Source: the human T2T-CHM13v2.0 reference genome, Homo sapiens. Taken from it: DNA of 64,000 nucleotides. Position numbers and translations under genes: made by a program. The notes under the pieces were generated by a model. The model made no database searches and was not told the DNA's origin. It saw only the letters and a list, made by a program, of their open reading frames with translations. Shown one piece after another: positions 28,811 through 48,650 of the stretch; the first letter of the stretch is position 1; each line of letters begins with the position of its first letter. The stretch lies in NCBI RefSeq assembly GCF_009914755.1, contig NC_060939.1. One strand, given 5' to 3'.

Positions 28811-29172
28811 TGTATTAGTCTGTTCTCACACTGCTATAAAGAACTGCCCAAGACTTGGTAATTTATAAAGAAAAGAGGTTTACTTGACTCACAGCTCCAC
28901 ATGGCTGGGGAGGCCTCAGGAAACTTACAATCATGGTGGAAGGGGTAGAAGGCATGTCTTAATGGCAGCAGGTGAGAGAGCTTGTGAAGGAAGTGAAGGG
29001 CGAAGAGCCTCTTATGAAACTGTCAGATCTCATGAGAACTCACTATCATGAGAATAGCCTGGGGGAAACTGCCCCCATGAGCCAATCACCTCTCAACAGG
29101 TCCCCTTCTCAACACCTGGAGATTACAATTTGAGATGAGATTTGGGTAGGGACACAAAGCCAAACTGTATCA
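28811..29172 (-). mobile_element. Solo MaLR LTR (THE1/MSTA type)
   Basis: tgtattagtctgttctcacactgctataaagaactgccc...gagatttgggtagggacacaaagccaaactgtatca; TG...CA ends. Confidence 0.85.
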
Positions 29173-31542
29173 ATCCGTTTTCTGTGGAGATGGGGGACAG
29201 AACTGGTAGCTTGAGCTAGAGGCTGTTACTTGAGCTAAATGCTGTTTCTCTGGGGATTACTGGTCCAGGAACTCCTTGGGCAATCCAGCCTCAGCCCCGT
29301 ACTTCTGGAACTCTGGGAAGACTGTCCCCATTCTCTGTTCTAATCCTCTACACCTAACAGTTTTGCTCAGGCCAGCTCAGGTTGAGAACAACAAAAACTT
29401 AAAAAAAAAAGACAGATATATATATATATGTGTTTTGGATGTTGCCCTGGAAACTATAGTCTCCCCAGAAGAAATCTGTCAGATGATTTAGCATTTAATA
29501 GACCACAGAGATTTGAAACAGCGGGACCCTGGAGGAAAGGGGTTTGGAAACAAAGGGTGCCTTTGCATGTGGGGATTTTAATTTTGATGAGAAAGAGAAA
29601 CATGTCTTTTGGCTCTTTTCATGTGTCCTAATACGGAAACTCTTGGGTCTAAATGTAGAGGTACAGGAGCTGTGTTCATCTCTAGCAAAAAAATAGAGCT
29701 GGCCTGTTGAGCCTGGGAACAGGGTTTGCATCTGCCTGAAATTTATGAGCAAGCGTAGCCTATTTTTCTTGTACTTCTTTGTCTCAAAGAAAACTTATTA
29801 ACAACCAAGGAGAAGGTGAAGTTCAACTCCGTTGCAGGATCTCCCTGGAATACTCTTTTAGCCACCTTTTGTTTTTGCAGTAAAAGGAGGAATGAGCATT
29901 GAATGAAGACAAGGATGAAGACTGACCATCTAAAACATCTGTTAGTGATAGTTTGGGTTTTATTTTGGGAAAATTCAGTGTTTTTGCAAAAACCAAATGG
30001 TTTTGTGGGTCTGGCGCTGGACTGAGTGTTGGGAATGTGGATTCTGGTCTCTGTTTTGTCATTAACAGAGTGGCCAGTTTTGGGAGCATCCCTTACATCT
30101 ACTCTCTGCTTCATATTTACTGCCTGAAATAGAGGATTTCTTCTGTTTGCTTTCAAGGGATATTATAATTTAATTTTTATTTTATTTATTGTTGGAGACA
30201 AGGTCTTCTTCTGTTCCCTAAACTGGAGTGCACTGGTGCAATTATAGCTCACTGCAGCCTCGACCTCCTGGCCTTAAGGGATCCTCCCGCCTCAGCCTCA
30301 TAAAGTGCTTGGATAATAGGCATGAGCCACTGTTCCTAGCTAATTTAATATTTTGGAATAATTGTAGACATCATGAAGAAAATCAATGTTTATTTATTTA
30401 TTTCCTTTTTTGAGATGGAGTCTCGCTTTTGTCTACCAGGCTGGAGTGCAATGGTGTGATCTCAGCTCACTGCGACCTCCATCTCTGGGTTCAAGTGATT
30501 CTCCTGCATCAGCCTCCCAAGTAGCTGGGATTACAGGTGCCTGCCACCATGCCCAGCTCATTTTTGTATTTTTAGTAGAGATGGGGTTTCACCATGTTGG
30601 TCAGACTAGTCTCGAACTCCTGGCCTCAGGTGATCCACCCACCTTGGCCTCCCACAGTGCTGGGATTCCAGGCATGAGCCACTGTGCCTGACCTGATGAC
30701 TTGTTTTAAATATAGGCCTGATTAGGCTTGTGACCACTCTGTTTGGCTTCACTGAAGGGCTGCCAAGAGATGGACTTTTGAGAGTGACACTGCAAGATAA
30801 TTGAGATCCTAAGTAAAGCCGTGAGAGGGTGGGGAGAGGAATCCAGATGAGCTTGCTGCTGTCAAATGGCAATGGGGAGCTACACTGAGAAACTCAAAAC
30901 ATGGTGAACTCAAGTGTTCTGCCCTGCCTTGGCCTCCCAAAGTGCTGGGATTACAGGTGTGAGCCACTGTGCCTGGTCCTTCTTTCTTTCTCTTTCTTCC
31001 TCCTTCCTTCCCCCTCCCCTCTCCTCCATTCCTTTTTCCTCCCCTCTTTCATCCCCCCTCCCTTTTTCCTTCCTTGCTTCTTTCCTTCCTTCCTTCCTCA
31101 GGGTCTTGCTGTCTCACCTAGGCTGGAGTGCAGTGGCATGATCACTGCACCATGACTTTCAGGCTCAAGTGATCCTCCTGCCCCAGCCTCCCAAGTAGCT
31201 GAGACTACAGGTGCATGCCACCATGTCTGGCTAATTTAATTTTTTTTTTTTTTTTTTGGAGACAGAGTCGTACTCTTTTGCCCAGGCCGGAGTGCAGTGG
31301 TGTGATCCTGTCTTACTGCAACCTCCGCCTCTCGAGTTCAAGTGATTCTCCTGCCTCAGCCTCCTGAGTAGCTGGGATTACAGGCATGCACTACCACGCC
31401 TGGCTAATTTTGTATTTTTAGTAGAGATGGGGTTTAACCATGTTAGCCAGGCTGATCTTAAACTTCCGACCTCAGGTGATTCACCCACCTTGGCCTCCCA
31501 AAGTGCTGGGATTACAGGCGTGAGCCTCCATGCCTGGCCTAA

Positions 31543-31806
<264 letters not shown>

Positions 31807-32595
31807 TGAGGCACTGGAATCAGATAACTCTGGGTCTGTATTCCGCACATGCCACCTGTGAGTGGCTGAGCTGGGCTTCTGGCCAGCACTCAAAGGCCAC
31901 ATTACTAGATATAGATGTTCCTTTCACCTTGCTGAAGATGGGGAGAGGTGCACCGGACCACCTCTCAGGGTTTCCTAATGCAAATCCTTGAACCCTGCAG
32001 AAGTGAGCATCCAGAGAGGTGGGAGCTACCCGTATACACACTGTCTGTGCCCTGCTCATCTCCCGCTCCTGCAGCATGAAACACCTGTAATGCTTTGTTC
32101 TGTTTATTGTCTCCCTTTCTCATTAGACCTGAACTCTGGGATACTGTGGGCTTAAGTACTTCTGAAAATTTCTATGGCATCTGCTGGGTGAATTTTCCTA
32201 GGGTGCTGGGCTGGTTGTTAAGACAGCCTGGGTGACTGGCCTCATTCATGGCAGGGGCAGCAGGTGGAGAGCGGTCCTGGAAGGATTTGAGGAGCTGCAC
32301 GGAGTGAGACCCAGCCCCTGGCCCCCTGATTGTCACCTTTCTCAGGATCTGGGATGCTAATTCAGAAACTCTTGACTGCTGGAGGCTGTGATTGACCCAC
32401 TGAGAGCTTTTAGGCATGTGGATGTGACTCAGCCAGGATCGATGGAGCATTGACTGCTGATTGGACTCCTGTGGGAAGGTAGAGGGGGGCAACACATAAT
32501 GCCTTCACTGTGGGAGCTTCATCAAGGGGATGATTCTTGGACGGACATCTTTTCCTCCCTCTTTCCACAGAGGCATGCTAGCCCTGTCATTCTAG

Positions 32596-32775
<180 letters not shown>

Positions 32776-33211
32776 TGATAAGCAAAGATGATGAAATTCA
32801 AGATTTTCCTGAGTAGCAATTGCTTAACATTGTTTCAGTTATAATGTAGTAGAAACTCTGTTTGAACTTGATTCACTCCAGCACCCTTAGATTTAAAAAC
32901 GCAGGATATGTTTAATATCTAACACATAATAGACAGATAAGCACAGCTAGGGATTGTCATCCAAAAGGTCACCTGCAAGGCAATTTCGAAAGACTCTATT
33001 AGGGGCTCAAATATAAATTTGTTGGAAAAATTAAAATTTGGGTCAGTAGTTGATTCCTTGATTACAAGTTTATTCTTTAAAGTTCTTTGTGAGTATAAGT
33101 TAATTCCAGTCCTACTTTGTTGTTGTTGTTGTTGTTGAATGGTAGCTGTCCTTTTTCCCACTGTTTCCTCCCCGCTGCCCCGATTTTTATTTTCTTGAGA
33201 CAGAGTCTTAG

Positions 33212-33361
<150 letters not shown>

Positions 33362-33838
33362 TGAGATGGGGTTTTGCCATGTTGGTCAGGCTTGTCTCGA
33401 ACTTTTGACCTGAAGCGACCTGCCCACCTCGGCTTCCCAAAGTGCTGGGATTACAGGCGTGAGTCACCGCACCCAGCCTTCCTCCCAATTTTATATATGG
33501 GAAAACAACTAAGGCACAAAGGTTGTCTTCCCGCAAAAGACCAAGACTTGGGGCTTCAACTGAGAGGTACTATAGTCCTTTTAAACTTGATATTTAGAAG
33601 AGGACGATCAAGAGGAAGTTGGTTATGCTACTTGCTTTCAGTATACATCGTTCAGAGGTCAGAAGCCATAGGGAGAGAAATATCTATTAGATAAGCATGT
33701 CTGAGTTGCGGGCTGTGGTGAGGACTCAGTTGTCAATGATGACGACCAGTAATTTTTGGTACTAGAATTTCACATCAAATGCCCCCACTTTACTGGAAGT
33801 ATATTGAGGAACTTTGATAATCTTAAAGAAGCCAGTGA

Positions 33839-34120
<282 letters not shown>

Positions 34121-34158
34121 GCTTTGTGCTTCTGCTTGATAATCGGTTCTTTAGTTGA

Positions 34159-34383
<225 letters not shown>

Positions 34384-35572
34384 TGAACTTCTGATCTCAG
34401 GTGATCCACCTGCCTCGGTCTCTCAAAGTGCTGGGATTACACACGTGAGCCACTGCGCCTAGCCTGAATGGCTTTTTTATATTTAAAGTTGTTGTGTGCC
34501 TTTCATCTGGAGCTACACCTTGGCTATCACTAGGCAGGTTTCCCAGGATGTCACCCTGGTCTCAGCCTGTGAGAGCTGAATACAAATTCTAAGGGCCCCT
34601 TGGAAAGTTCCAGGGAAAGGAGCATAGCAAGGTTGGGGGTGGAGTTTGTAGAGACTGGCTGGCTGGCTGCTGACATCTTCATGAGAACAGCAGGTACCTT
34701 GGTGCATAATAACAGGCCAGGTTATATTCTCATCCTTGCCCTCATAAAGATACAGGTCTACAGTCTCTGAAACCTTTGGGCTAGATAAGTTGTGAAATTT
34801 AATTACCCAATTTTAGGAAGGTGGTAAGACATATCTACTATGTGTATGTGTAGCACCTCAGCGGAGTCCTACACATGTGGAGTCCTACCCCAGTGGAGAC
34901 CAAACATGTTAATATTTCCACAGCAAATATTCACAGCAAGAGGGATAGAGAAAGATTATAGGTAGTTGCATATTGATTCATATCAGTCTTTTCTTCCAAA
35001 TGAGCTACAATGACTCGTTTTTGAGAGCTGTTTGGGTTTTGGAAGTGGAGATAAGGCATGGTTCTGTCTTGTTGACCCAATAATGACCAGGGAAGCCCTG
35101 TGCAAAGACTTACCCTTGGCTGCTCTTGTCCTCACAGTGATTTTATGAGTGAGGTCCTCTAGCCACTGTCATGTCACAGGTGAGGAAACCAAAGTTAGAG
35201 GACGAAGGTAACTTTTCTGATGTCGCACAGCTGGTAAATGGCAGAGCTGGGACCCAACCCAGGTCTTTTTGACTCTAATGTTCCTTATTGTCCACTGAAT
35301 CTGCTTTTATAACTTTGCTTGGTTGATGCTAGGACACTTTGTAGCTCGCTGGCCATGCCATGAATTGAGTGCCGTGGTTCAATGGCCACTGGCGATTCAG
35401 TCAGGGCAGAATCAAGGGCACACAGCCATTTCCTTAGGAAATGGGGATGTGGTTGGAAATTTCTATTAAAGGGTATATAAGCATTCTGAGACTTGGCTGG
35501 CCTGGTGTAGGGGGTTTGTTGGGAATTTAGTTGGTTTGCATGTTTAAAGGAATAAGGCTGAGATTGCCCTAG

Positions 35573-35941
<369 letters not shown>

Positions 35942-36023
35942 TAGAGGCATGAGCTACCGTGCCCGGCCGCCCTTCTCTGTTTCTAGAGCATTTTGTATTA
36001 ACTCCCTCTCATGATATCTTCCA

Positions 36024-37190
36024 TGGTAGGCTGAATAATGGCCCCTCCAAAGTGTCCTCAACTTAATCCCCAGAATCTGTGACTATGTTCCTTTCCATGA
36101 CAAAAGGGACTTTGCAGATGTGATTAAGCATCTTGAGATGGGAGCTTATCCTATGTTGCCTATGGGCCCAGAGTCCCATCACAGTGCTTTTTTTTTTTTT
36201 TTTTTTGAGACAGAGTTTTTTGCTCTTGGTGCCCAGGCTGGAGTGCAATGGCACAATTTCGGCTCACTGCAACTCCATCTCCCAAGGTTCAAGCGATTCT
36301 CTTACCTCAGCCTCCCAAGTAGCTGGATTACAGGCGCTCGCCAACATGCCCAGCTAATTTTTGTTTTTCCAGTAGAGATGGGGTTTCACCATGTTGGCCA
36401 GGCTAGTCTCGAACTGCTGACCTCGTGTTCTGCCCACCTTGGCCTCCCAAAGTGCTGGGATTACAGGTGTGAGCCACCACATCCAGCCTACAGTGCTCTT
36501 TTAAGAGGGACTCAGCAGTCAGGGGAGATGGCAATGAGATGATGACTGAGTGTCTTAGTCTTTTTTGTATTGCTATGCAATATCTGAGACTGGGTAATTT
36601 ATAAATAACAGGTTTATTTCTTACAGTTCTGGAGGCTGGGAATGTCAAGATCAAGGGGCCTGCTTCTGGTGAGGGTCTTCTTGCTGTGTCATCCCATGAT
36701 GGAAGGTGTCACATCAAGAGAGAAAGGGGGCTGAACTCAATCCTTTTATTAGGAACCCATCCCCATGATAATTAACCCTCTGCTGAGATAACATCATTAC
36801 TCTATTAATGAGGGCAGATCTTTCATGACCTAATCTCCTCTTAAAGGTCCCACCTCTCAACACTGTTGCATTAGAGATTAAATTTCCAGCACATGAACTT
36901 TGGGGGACACATTCAAACCATAGACTGTGCAGAGATTGGAGTGGTGTGCTTTAAAAATGGAGGAAAGGGCCACAATCCAGGGAATATAGGTAACCACTAA
37001 AAGCAGAAAAAGGCAAGAAAATGGGTTTTCCCTTCAGAACCTCCTGAAGGAATCAGTCCTTTACAACTTGACTTTAGCCAAGTGAAACTGATTTGAGGCT
37101 TCTGACCTATAGAACAATAAGATATTAAGCCTGTGTTGTAAGCCAATCAGTTCGTTGTAATTTGTTACAGCAGCCATAGAAAACTAATTG
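36024..37190 (+). mobile_element. MLT1-type MaLR LTR split by an Alu (36188-36488, minus) and an MST-type LTR
   Basis: tggtaggctgaataatggcccc...gggactttgcagatgtgattaag at the start; tttgttacagcagccatagaaaactaat at the end. Confidence 0.75.
36551..36922 (-). mobile_element. MSTB/MSTD-type solo LTR nested in MLT1
   Basis: tgtcttagtc...ctgagactgggtaatttataaa...ttgggggacacattcaaaccatag. Confidence 0.75.
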
Positions 37191-37300
37191 ACTCACCAAT
37201 GGGAGAAATCAGCTGCTGATTTAAGGCTACCAAGCACCTATTTCCTCTCCTAACCTCACTCCAATTTTATCTTGGAGGAATTCTTTTCCCTATCCCATTA

Positions 37301-39131
<1,831 letters not shown>

Positions 39132-39446
39132 CTATTAAATGCAACCATTTACAAATTCCAAGAGACTCTTGAAGATTCTTTTTGTTAGTAGGGAAAACAT
39201 TCTCCATTTTTCTGCCAACTTTAGGGTTTTCAGAGAAGTTTGGTGGAGAGAAAGGAAAGCAAAGATGTGGGAAGACAGAGTCCTTACAGCCCCACATTGG
39301 GCGAACTCCTCCCAGCTACTTATACCACAGGGTTTTGGGAGCAGAGACCCTTTCATTAAACTTTTAGGAGTCTTGGATGGATAGGGTTGGAATTACACCA
39401 GTGAAACTCAGCTTTGTGTGTGCCAGGCATTGGGCCCTGGGATATG

Positions 39447-40877
<1,431 letters not shown>

Positions 40878-41180
40878 TACAGTCATCATCTCCCTGAAAG
40901 CTCAGTCAGCCCTGTGCAGTGCTACTGCCACACTCCCCTTTTGCACATGTAGAAATCAAGGATCTTTGGCTCCTCTGAGTGACTTGTTCCAGGTTTCTCA
41001 GTTTTCAAGAGATGGAGGTGGGACTCAAATTGAGATTTCCCTTTCTTGAGAACCTGTGGTCCTTAACCATTAAAACCACTTAAGAGGTCTTCTCTCTCGA
41101 TCACTACCTACTAAGTGCTAGGCGCGGTGCTGAGGTGTTCTCTTGATTATTATATTGAGTCTTTAGATTTAGGAGAAACA

Positions 41181-41473
<293 letters not shown>

Positions 41474-41499
41474 GATTTAGGAGAAACAAGTCCCGAAGC

Positions 41500-42620
41500 C
41501 CTGACCCTAACACGCAAGGGTTAGTGGAGATGTGGGACTTGAACTCAGCTTCTCCGTTGAGTCTGGCTGTCACCGGGACGCAGGCACGTGCTTGCACACC
41601 TCCACGGTGGCGATCCCACCCCCTTAGTAGCGTCCTTAGCTCGGCACTTCTTGCGGGGAAGTTCTTCTTGGCCCAGACCCTCGTCCTAGGCCCCGCGCCA
41701 TGGGGGAAGTGAAAGGGGCAGTGTGGGGAAATGGCCGAGAGGTCGGGTCAGGGGTGGTCTGCAGAGAGGCAGGCGGCGGTGCTGAGTCGGGAACCGCGCG
41801 CTCACCCGCCCAGTCGGACGGTTCCGGCGGGGGTGGGTGAGACACTGGGAACAGCGGCCAGCTGCAGAGGGCCCGAGGCCGGGCGCGCGGGGAGCGGGGC
41901 GCGTCGAACGCGCGCGTGCGCGGTTCGTGTGTGGGCCTGCGGGGGCGTGCGCGGTTGGGGGGCAGTGAGGGTCGCCGCGGCGGCGCGCAGCACGGCGGGA
42001 ACATGGCGCGCAGAACCGGCGCACGCGCCTAGCTGGTGGGACCGTTAGCTCGAGGCGGACGCGGCCCGGACCCCGTGGATATGGAGCAGTGGCCGCCGCC
42101 GGCGCCCGAGCCGGCCCAAGGGCCGACCCCCGCAAGGAGCTGAAGGCGGCGGGAGACCGAGTCGCCGCCAGCGTCGGCGCCGGTGAGTGCGTGAGGGGCT
42201 CGGGCCGGGAGACTTTCTTTGTCAAACTCCGGCGGTGGGAGCCGGGCCGGGCCTCAGCGACTGAGGAGCGCCTGCGAGGCGGAGGGTGTCTCGCAGTCCG
42301 GGTTCGATCCCAGCCGCGAGCCGTCAGGCGACAGGACCTGGTCGGCCGCCTGCCTGCCTCAGTTTCCGCGAGAGTGTGTGTGGGTGTGTGTGGGTGTGTA
42401 TGGGTGTTGGCCTGCACACACCGGGGGTGGGGGGGTCGGTATACAGTCGGCGCCTAATGCGCGCGGTGCCTCCCCCCTCCCCCCAGTCCCCGTGGGGCGG
42501 AAGCTGGGGACTGGAGTCCACCAGAGCAGTAGGCGGCACCCGCGGGGAGACAGGTGTCGGCGCAGCCCGGGAGGATCAGGTGCTACCTCTCCCGGGTGGG
42601 GTTTGTGAGGAGTGAGCTCT
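41500..42620 (+). promoter_or_regulatory. CpG island: duplicated TTC28 promoter
   Basis: Very high GC and CpG density, GC boxes (ggggcgcg, gggcgg), surrounding the TTC28-like first exon; TTC28 lies just downstream of CHEK2 on 22q12. Confidence 0.85.
42081..42182 (+). pseudogene. TTC28 exon-1 coding copy with nonsense codon
   Basis: ATG...CCG|gtgagt, 102 nt: MEQWPPPAPEPAQGPTPARS*RRRETESPPASAP versus recalled TTC28 MEQSPPPAPEPTQGPTPARSRRRREPESPPASAP; TGA at 42141-42143. Confidence 0.88.
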
Positions 42621-43273
42621 TCGTCCCCAGTGGCGAGCAAGTCTGTCGGTGGCTCATCACAGAGCACTGTTTTGGAAAGCGTTCCACCCACCTCAGCTTC
42701 GTGCTGTGTTTGGGCCACTAGTCAGGGGGAAGGATGCTGAGCGACATGGACTTTAGAGGTGGGGCTCCCGCTGGACGGGATGGCTCTGGGCTCTCGAGCT
42801 TACCCCCACCCTTGTCTCCTAAACCCGTTAGAGTGTAGGAATCATTGGGAGCACCTGATAAAAATGCCACGGATTGTGGCTCACCAAAGCAGGGAAGCCG
42901 ATTTGGAACTTAAACAAGCTCCCAAGTTGTGATCAGTCGAGCTTGGCAAGCACTGTTTTAGAGAGTAGGCTTCCTGCAAGCAGGAGCTGTTTTTGTGTAT
43001 ACCTCACCATGGCATCTTGGTACCTGGCATGGTGCCTGGCACACGGTAGATGATCAGAAAATATCTGTAGAAAGTCTAAATTATTAGGGAGAGTGCAACA
43101 TAGGAGTTCTTGAGACATTTTCAGGAGCTTCTTGAGATTAATATCTGTCAGATTTGTTTTACAGTATATGATTTTTCTCAGCTCCCAACTTTTGTGATTG
43201 TTTTTAATGCCATGTTTTCAGTATGTTCTAGGCAAAAGCAGGGTATATGTTGCTTAGTATACACTATCCACTA

Positions 43274-46150
<2,877 letters not shown>

Positions 46151-46159
46151 TCCATATGA

Positions 46160-47375
46160 TTCTAGCTGTGGGTGTCTTTCCTGTAGTTTTTATTATGTTG
46201 TGGTATGTTTCTTCTGTACCCGTTTCTTTGAGGATTAATGGCATGAAGGATGTTGAATTTCACCAAATGCTTTTTCAGTTTCAGTTGACATGATCATACT
46301 GTTTTTGTCATTTATTTGATTGATATGATGTATCACATTGTATGTTGAGTGACCCTTGCATCCCAGGGATACATCGCACTTGATCATGATGAATTATCTT
46401 TTTAATGTATTACTGAATTTGATTCACTGGTATTTTGTTGAGGATTTTTGCATCAATATTTGAAATACTGGCCTGTAGTTTCCTTCTTTGATGCCTTTGT
46501 CTGATTTTGGTAGCACAGTAATAATGGTCTCATAGAATAAGTTTGGAAGTATTCCCTCCTGTTTTTCAAAATAGTTTGAGTAGGATTCGTACTAGGTCTT
46601 TAAATTGTTTGTTGTGAAGCCATCAGCAGTGAAGACATCAGTTCCTGGGCTTTTCTTTACTGGGAGACTTTTTCTGATGGCTTCAATCTCATTTCTTGTT
46701 ACCAATCTGTTTTGGTCTTGGATGTTTTCATTATTCAACCTAAGTAGGTGTATACAACCTAAGTAGGTGTATTCCTAGATGTATGCATCTAGGAATTTGC
46801 CAATTTCTACTAGGCTTTCCAATTTATTGGCATATAATAGCCAGTTATGATCCTTTGAATTTCTGAAGTATTAGTTGTAATGTCTCCTTTTTTTTAATCT
46901 GTTGATTTTATTTATTTGAATCTTTTCTCTTTTTTCTTAGTTAGCCTGGTTAAAAGTTTGTCAATTTTGTTTAGCTTTCCAGAAAACCAACTTTTCATTT
47001 AATCATGTGTGTTTTTTATTTCAATTTTATTTCTGCTATGATCTTATTTATTTTCTTATTTTCGGTTTAGTTTGTTTTTACTTTAATAGTTCTTTAAGAT
47101 GTATTGTTTATTTAAAGTTTTTCTTTTGTTTGGATGGTAGGCACTTATAGCTGTAAATCTCTGCCTTTGTACTGCTTTCTGCATAACAAGTTTTGGTATA
47201 CTGTGTTTTCATTACCCTTTGTTTCATGAAATTTTTGAATTTCTGTCTTAGTATCTTCATTGACCCGCTAGTCATTTATTCAGGAGGGTAGTGTTTAACT
47301 TCCATGTGATTGTATTGTTTCCAAAATTACTCTTCTTATTGATACCTAGTTTTATTCCTTTGTAGTCAAAGAAGA
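46160..47375 (-). mobile_element. Old L1 ORF2 fragment
   Basis: T-rich antisense L1 motifs (ttgttgaggatttttgcatcaatatt, tcatagaataagtttggaagtattccctc, aaagtttgtcaattttgttta). Confidence 0.85.
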
Positions 47376-47379
47376 TGGC

Positions 47380-48650
47380 CACGGAGACAGCAGCGTGGTC
47401 AGAGTGGTAGGAGCCGGCCATCAGCGAGAGCTGCTCCATGCCTGGCTGCTGGGTGCTACAGCCTGTGGCCCACTGGCTTGCCTCACTGTGGTTGGTGGTG
47501 GCGGTGACAGAGACTGCAGCACGACCAAAGTGGTAGGACAGGGGCTATCCAGGGCTGCACCTTTCGCAGTGTGGGTTGGGTTGGGCGCGCTATCCAGGGT
47601 GTCATTGCCTGCATTAGGGGTACTGGTTGGTAGCACTGTACAGGGCTGCACTGCACATGGCAGGGAGGGTGGGTTATGGGCGCTTTCTGGGACTGCAATG
47701 CCCATGGAGAAGGACAGGTTAGGGCACTATCAGGTATACGCTACTGGTGGCATTGGGGGATGGAGGTGGGGGGAGCTATTGAGGGCAGGACTAGCCGTGG
47801 AGAGGGTTGAGTTCAGTGCTATCAGGGGCTGCACTGCTGGCGGCGGTCAGCAGAGTTGGCATCCAAGGAAGGAGTGGTTCTCCTCTCCCTGACTCCACAC
47901 TCCAGAGAGCGACCCACTCTTGGTCATACTGGGGTGCGGCAGGCGCACAGCGTTTGCGTGGGAATCCTGAGCATGGCAGAGCCCCCACACCCACCGTGGT
48001 TCCTGGGCCTGTGCACTCTGGGTCTGTGCCTCAGAGGCTGCCAGGCACCCCTGGGGACACCACGGGGGACAGGGCCCTGTGTGTGGAGGCGTCCGGAACA
48101 GGAATTGGCACCTGGGTGCGGAGGGCTGTCTGGGTCTGAATTTTTCTGCTTCTCCTACTCCCTGAGGAGTGCAGCCCTGGTGGGCCCAATGGTTCCTGTG
48201 GAGTGGGGAGCTGGGTGCTGTGGTGTCTCCAGCACCCACCCCAGACCCCAGTTCCTGGCCAGCTTGGGCCAAAGGGAGAGGCTGGACTTTGGAGGGTGGG
48301 TGTGAGTGCCTTTGCTGAAACTGGCCCCTGCCACCCAGTGGCCGGCATGACAAGGTGAGGCTCTAACCCTTCCACCCCTCACATCTTCCTCTAGGCTTTT
48401 CTGGCTTTGCCCGCCCAGCTGCTCCATGCCAGGAGGAGGAGGAGACACCTAGAGCCTGCGACACCACGGCTCGCCTCGCTGCGGGAGGGTGGCATCAACG
48501 GAGACTGCAGTGCACCAGAGTGGTAGGAGAGCGGCCGCACTAGGAGGGCAGGTGGCTGCAGCCAGGGTTGGGGGTCAGGCTTACAGCAATGGACGGGCTG
48601 CAGCAGTGGCCAGGTGGTAGGAGCCTTGTAGGGAGGGCTGGCGCATTGGC
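47380..48650. repeat. REP522-like GC-rich pericentromeric repeat with degenerate ~45-bp subunits
   Basis: Recurrent GCGCTATC...GGGCTGCACTGC core at 47540-47840 and CAGAGTGGTAGGA-like motif near 47400, 47528, 48516 and 48611; family name from recall. Confidence 0.55.

Noticed and set aside
41636-42718. Overlapping Arg/Pro/Ala-rich ORFs up to 243 aa
   Set aside because: CpG-island composition effect; the only recognisable coding remnant is the 102-nt TTC28 exon 1.
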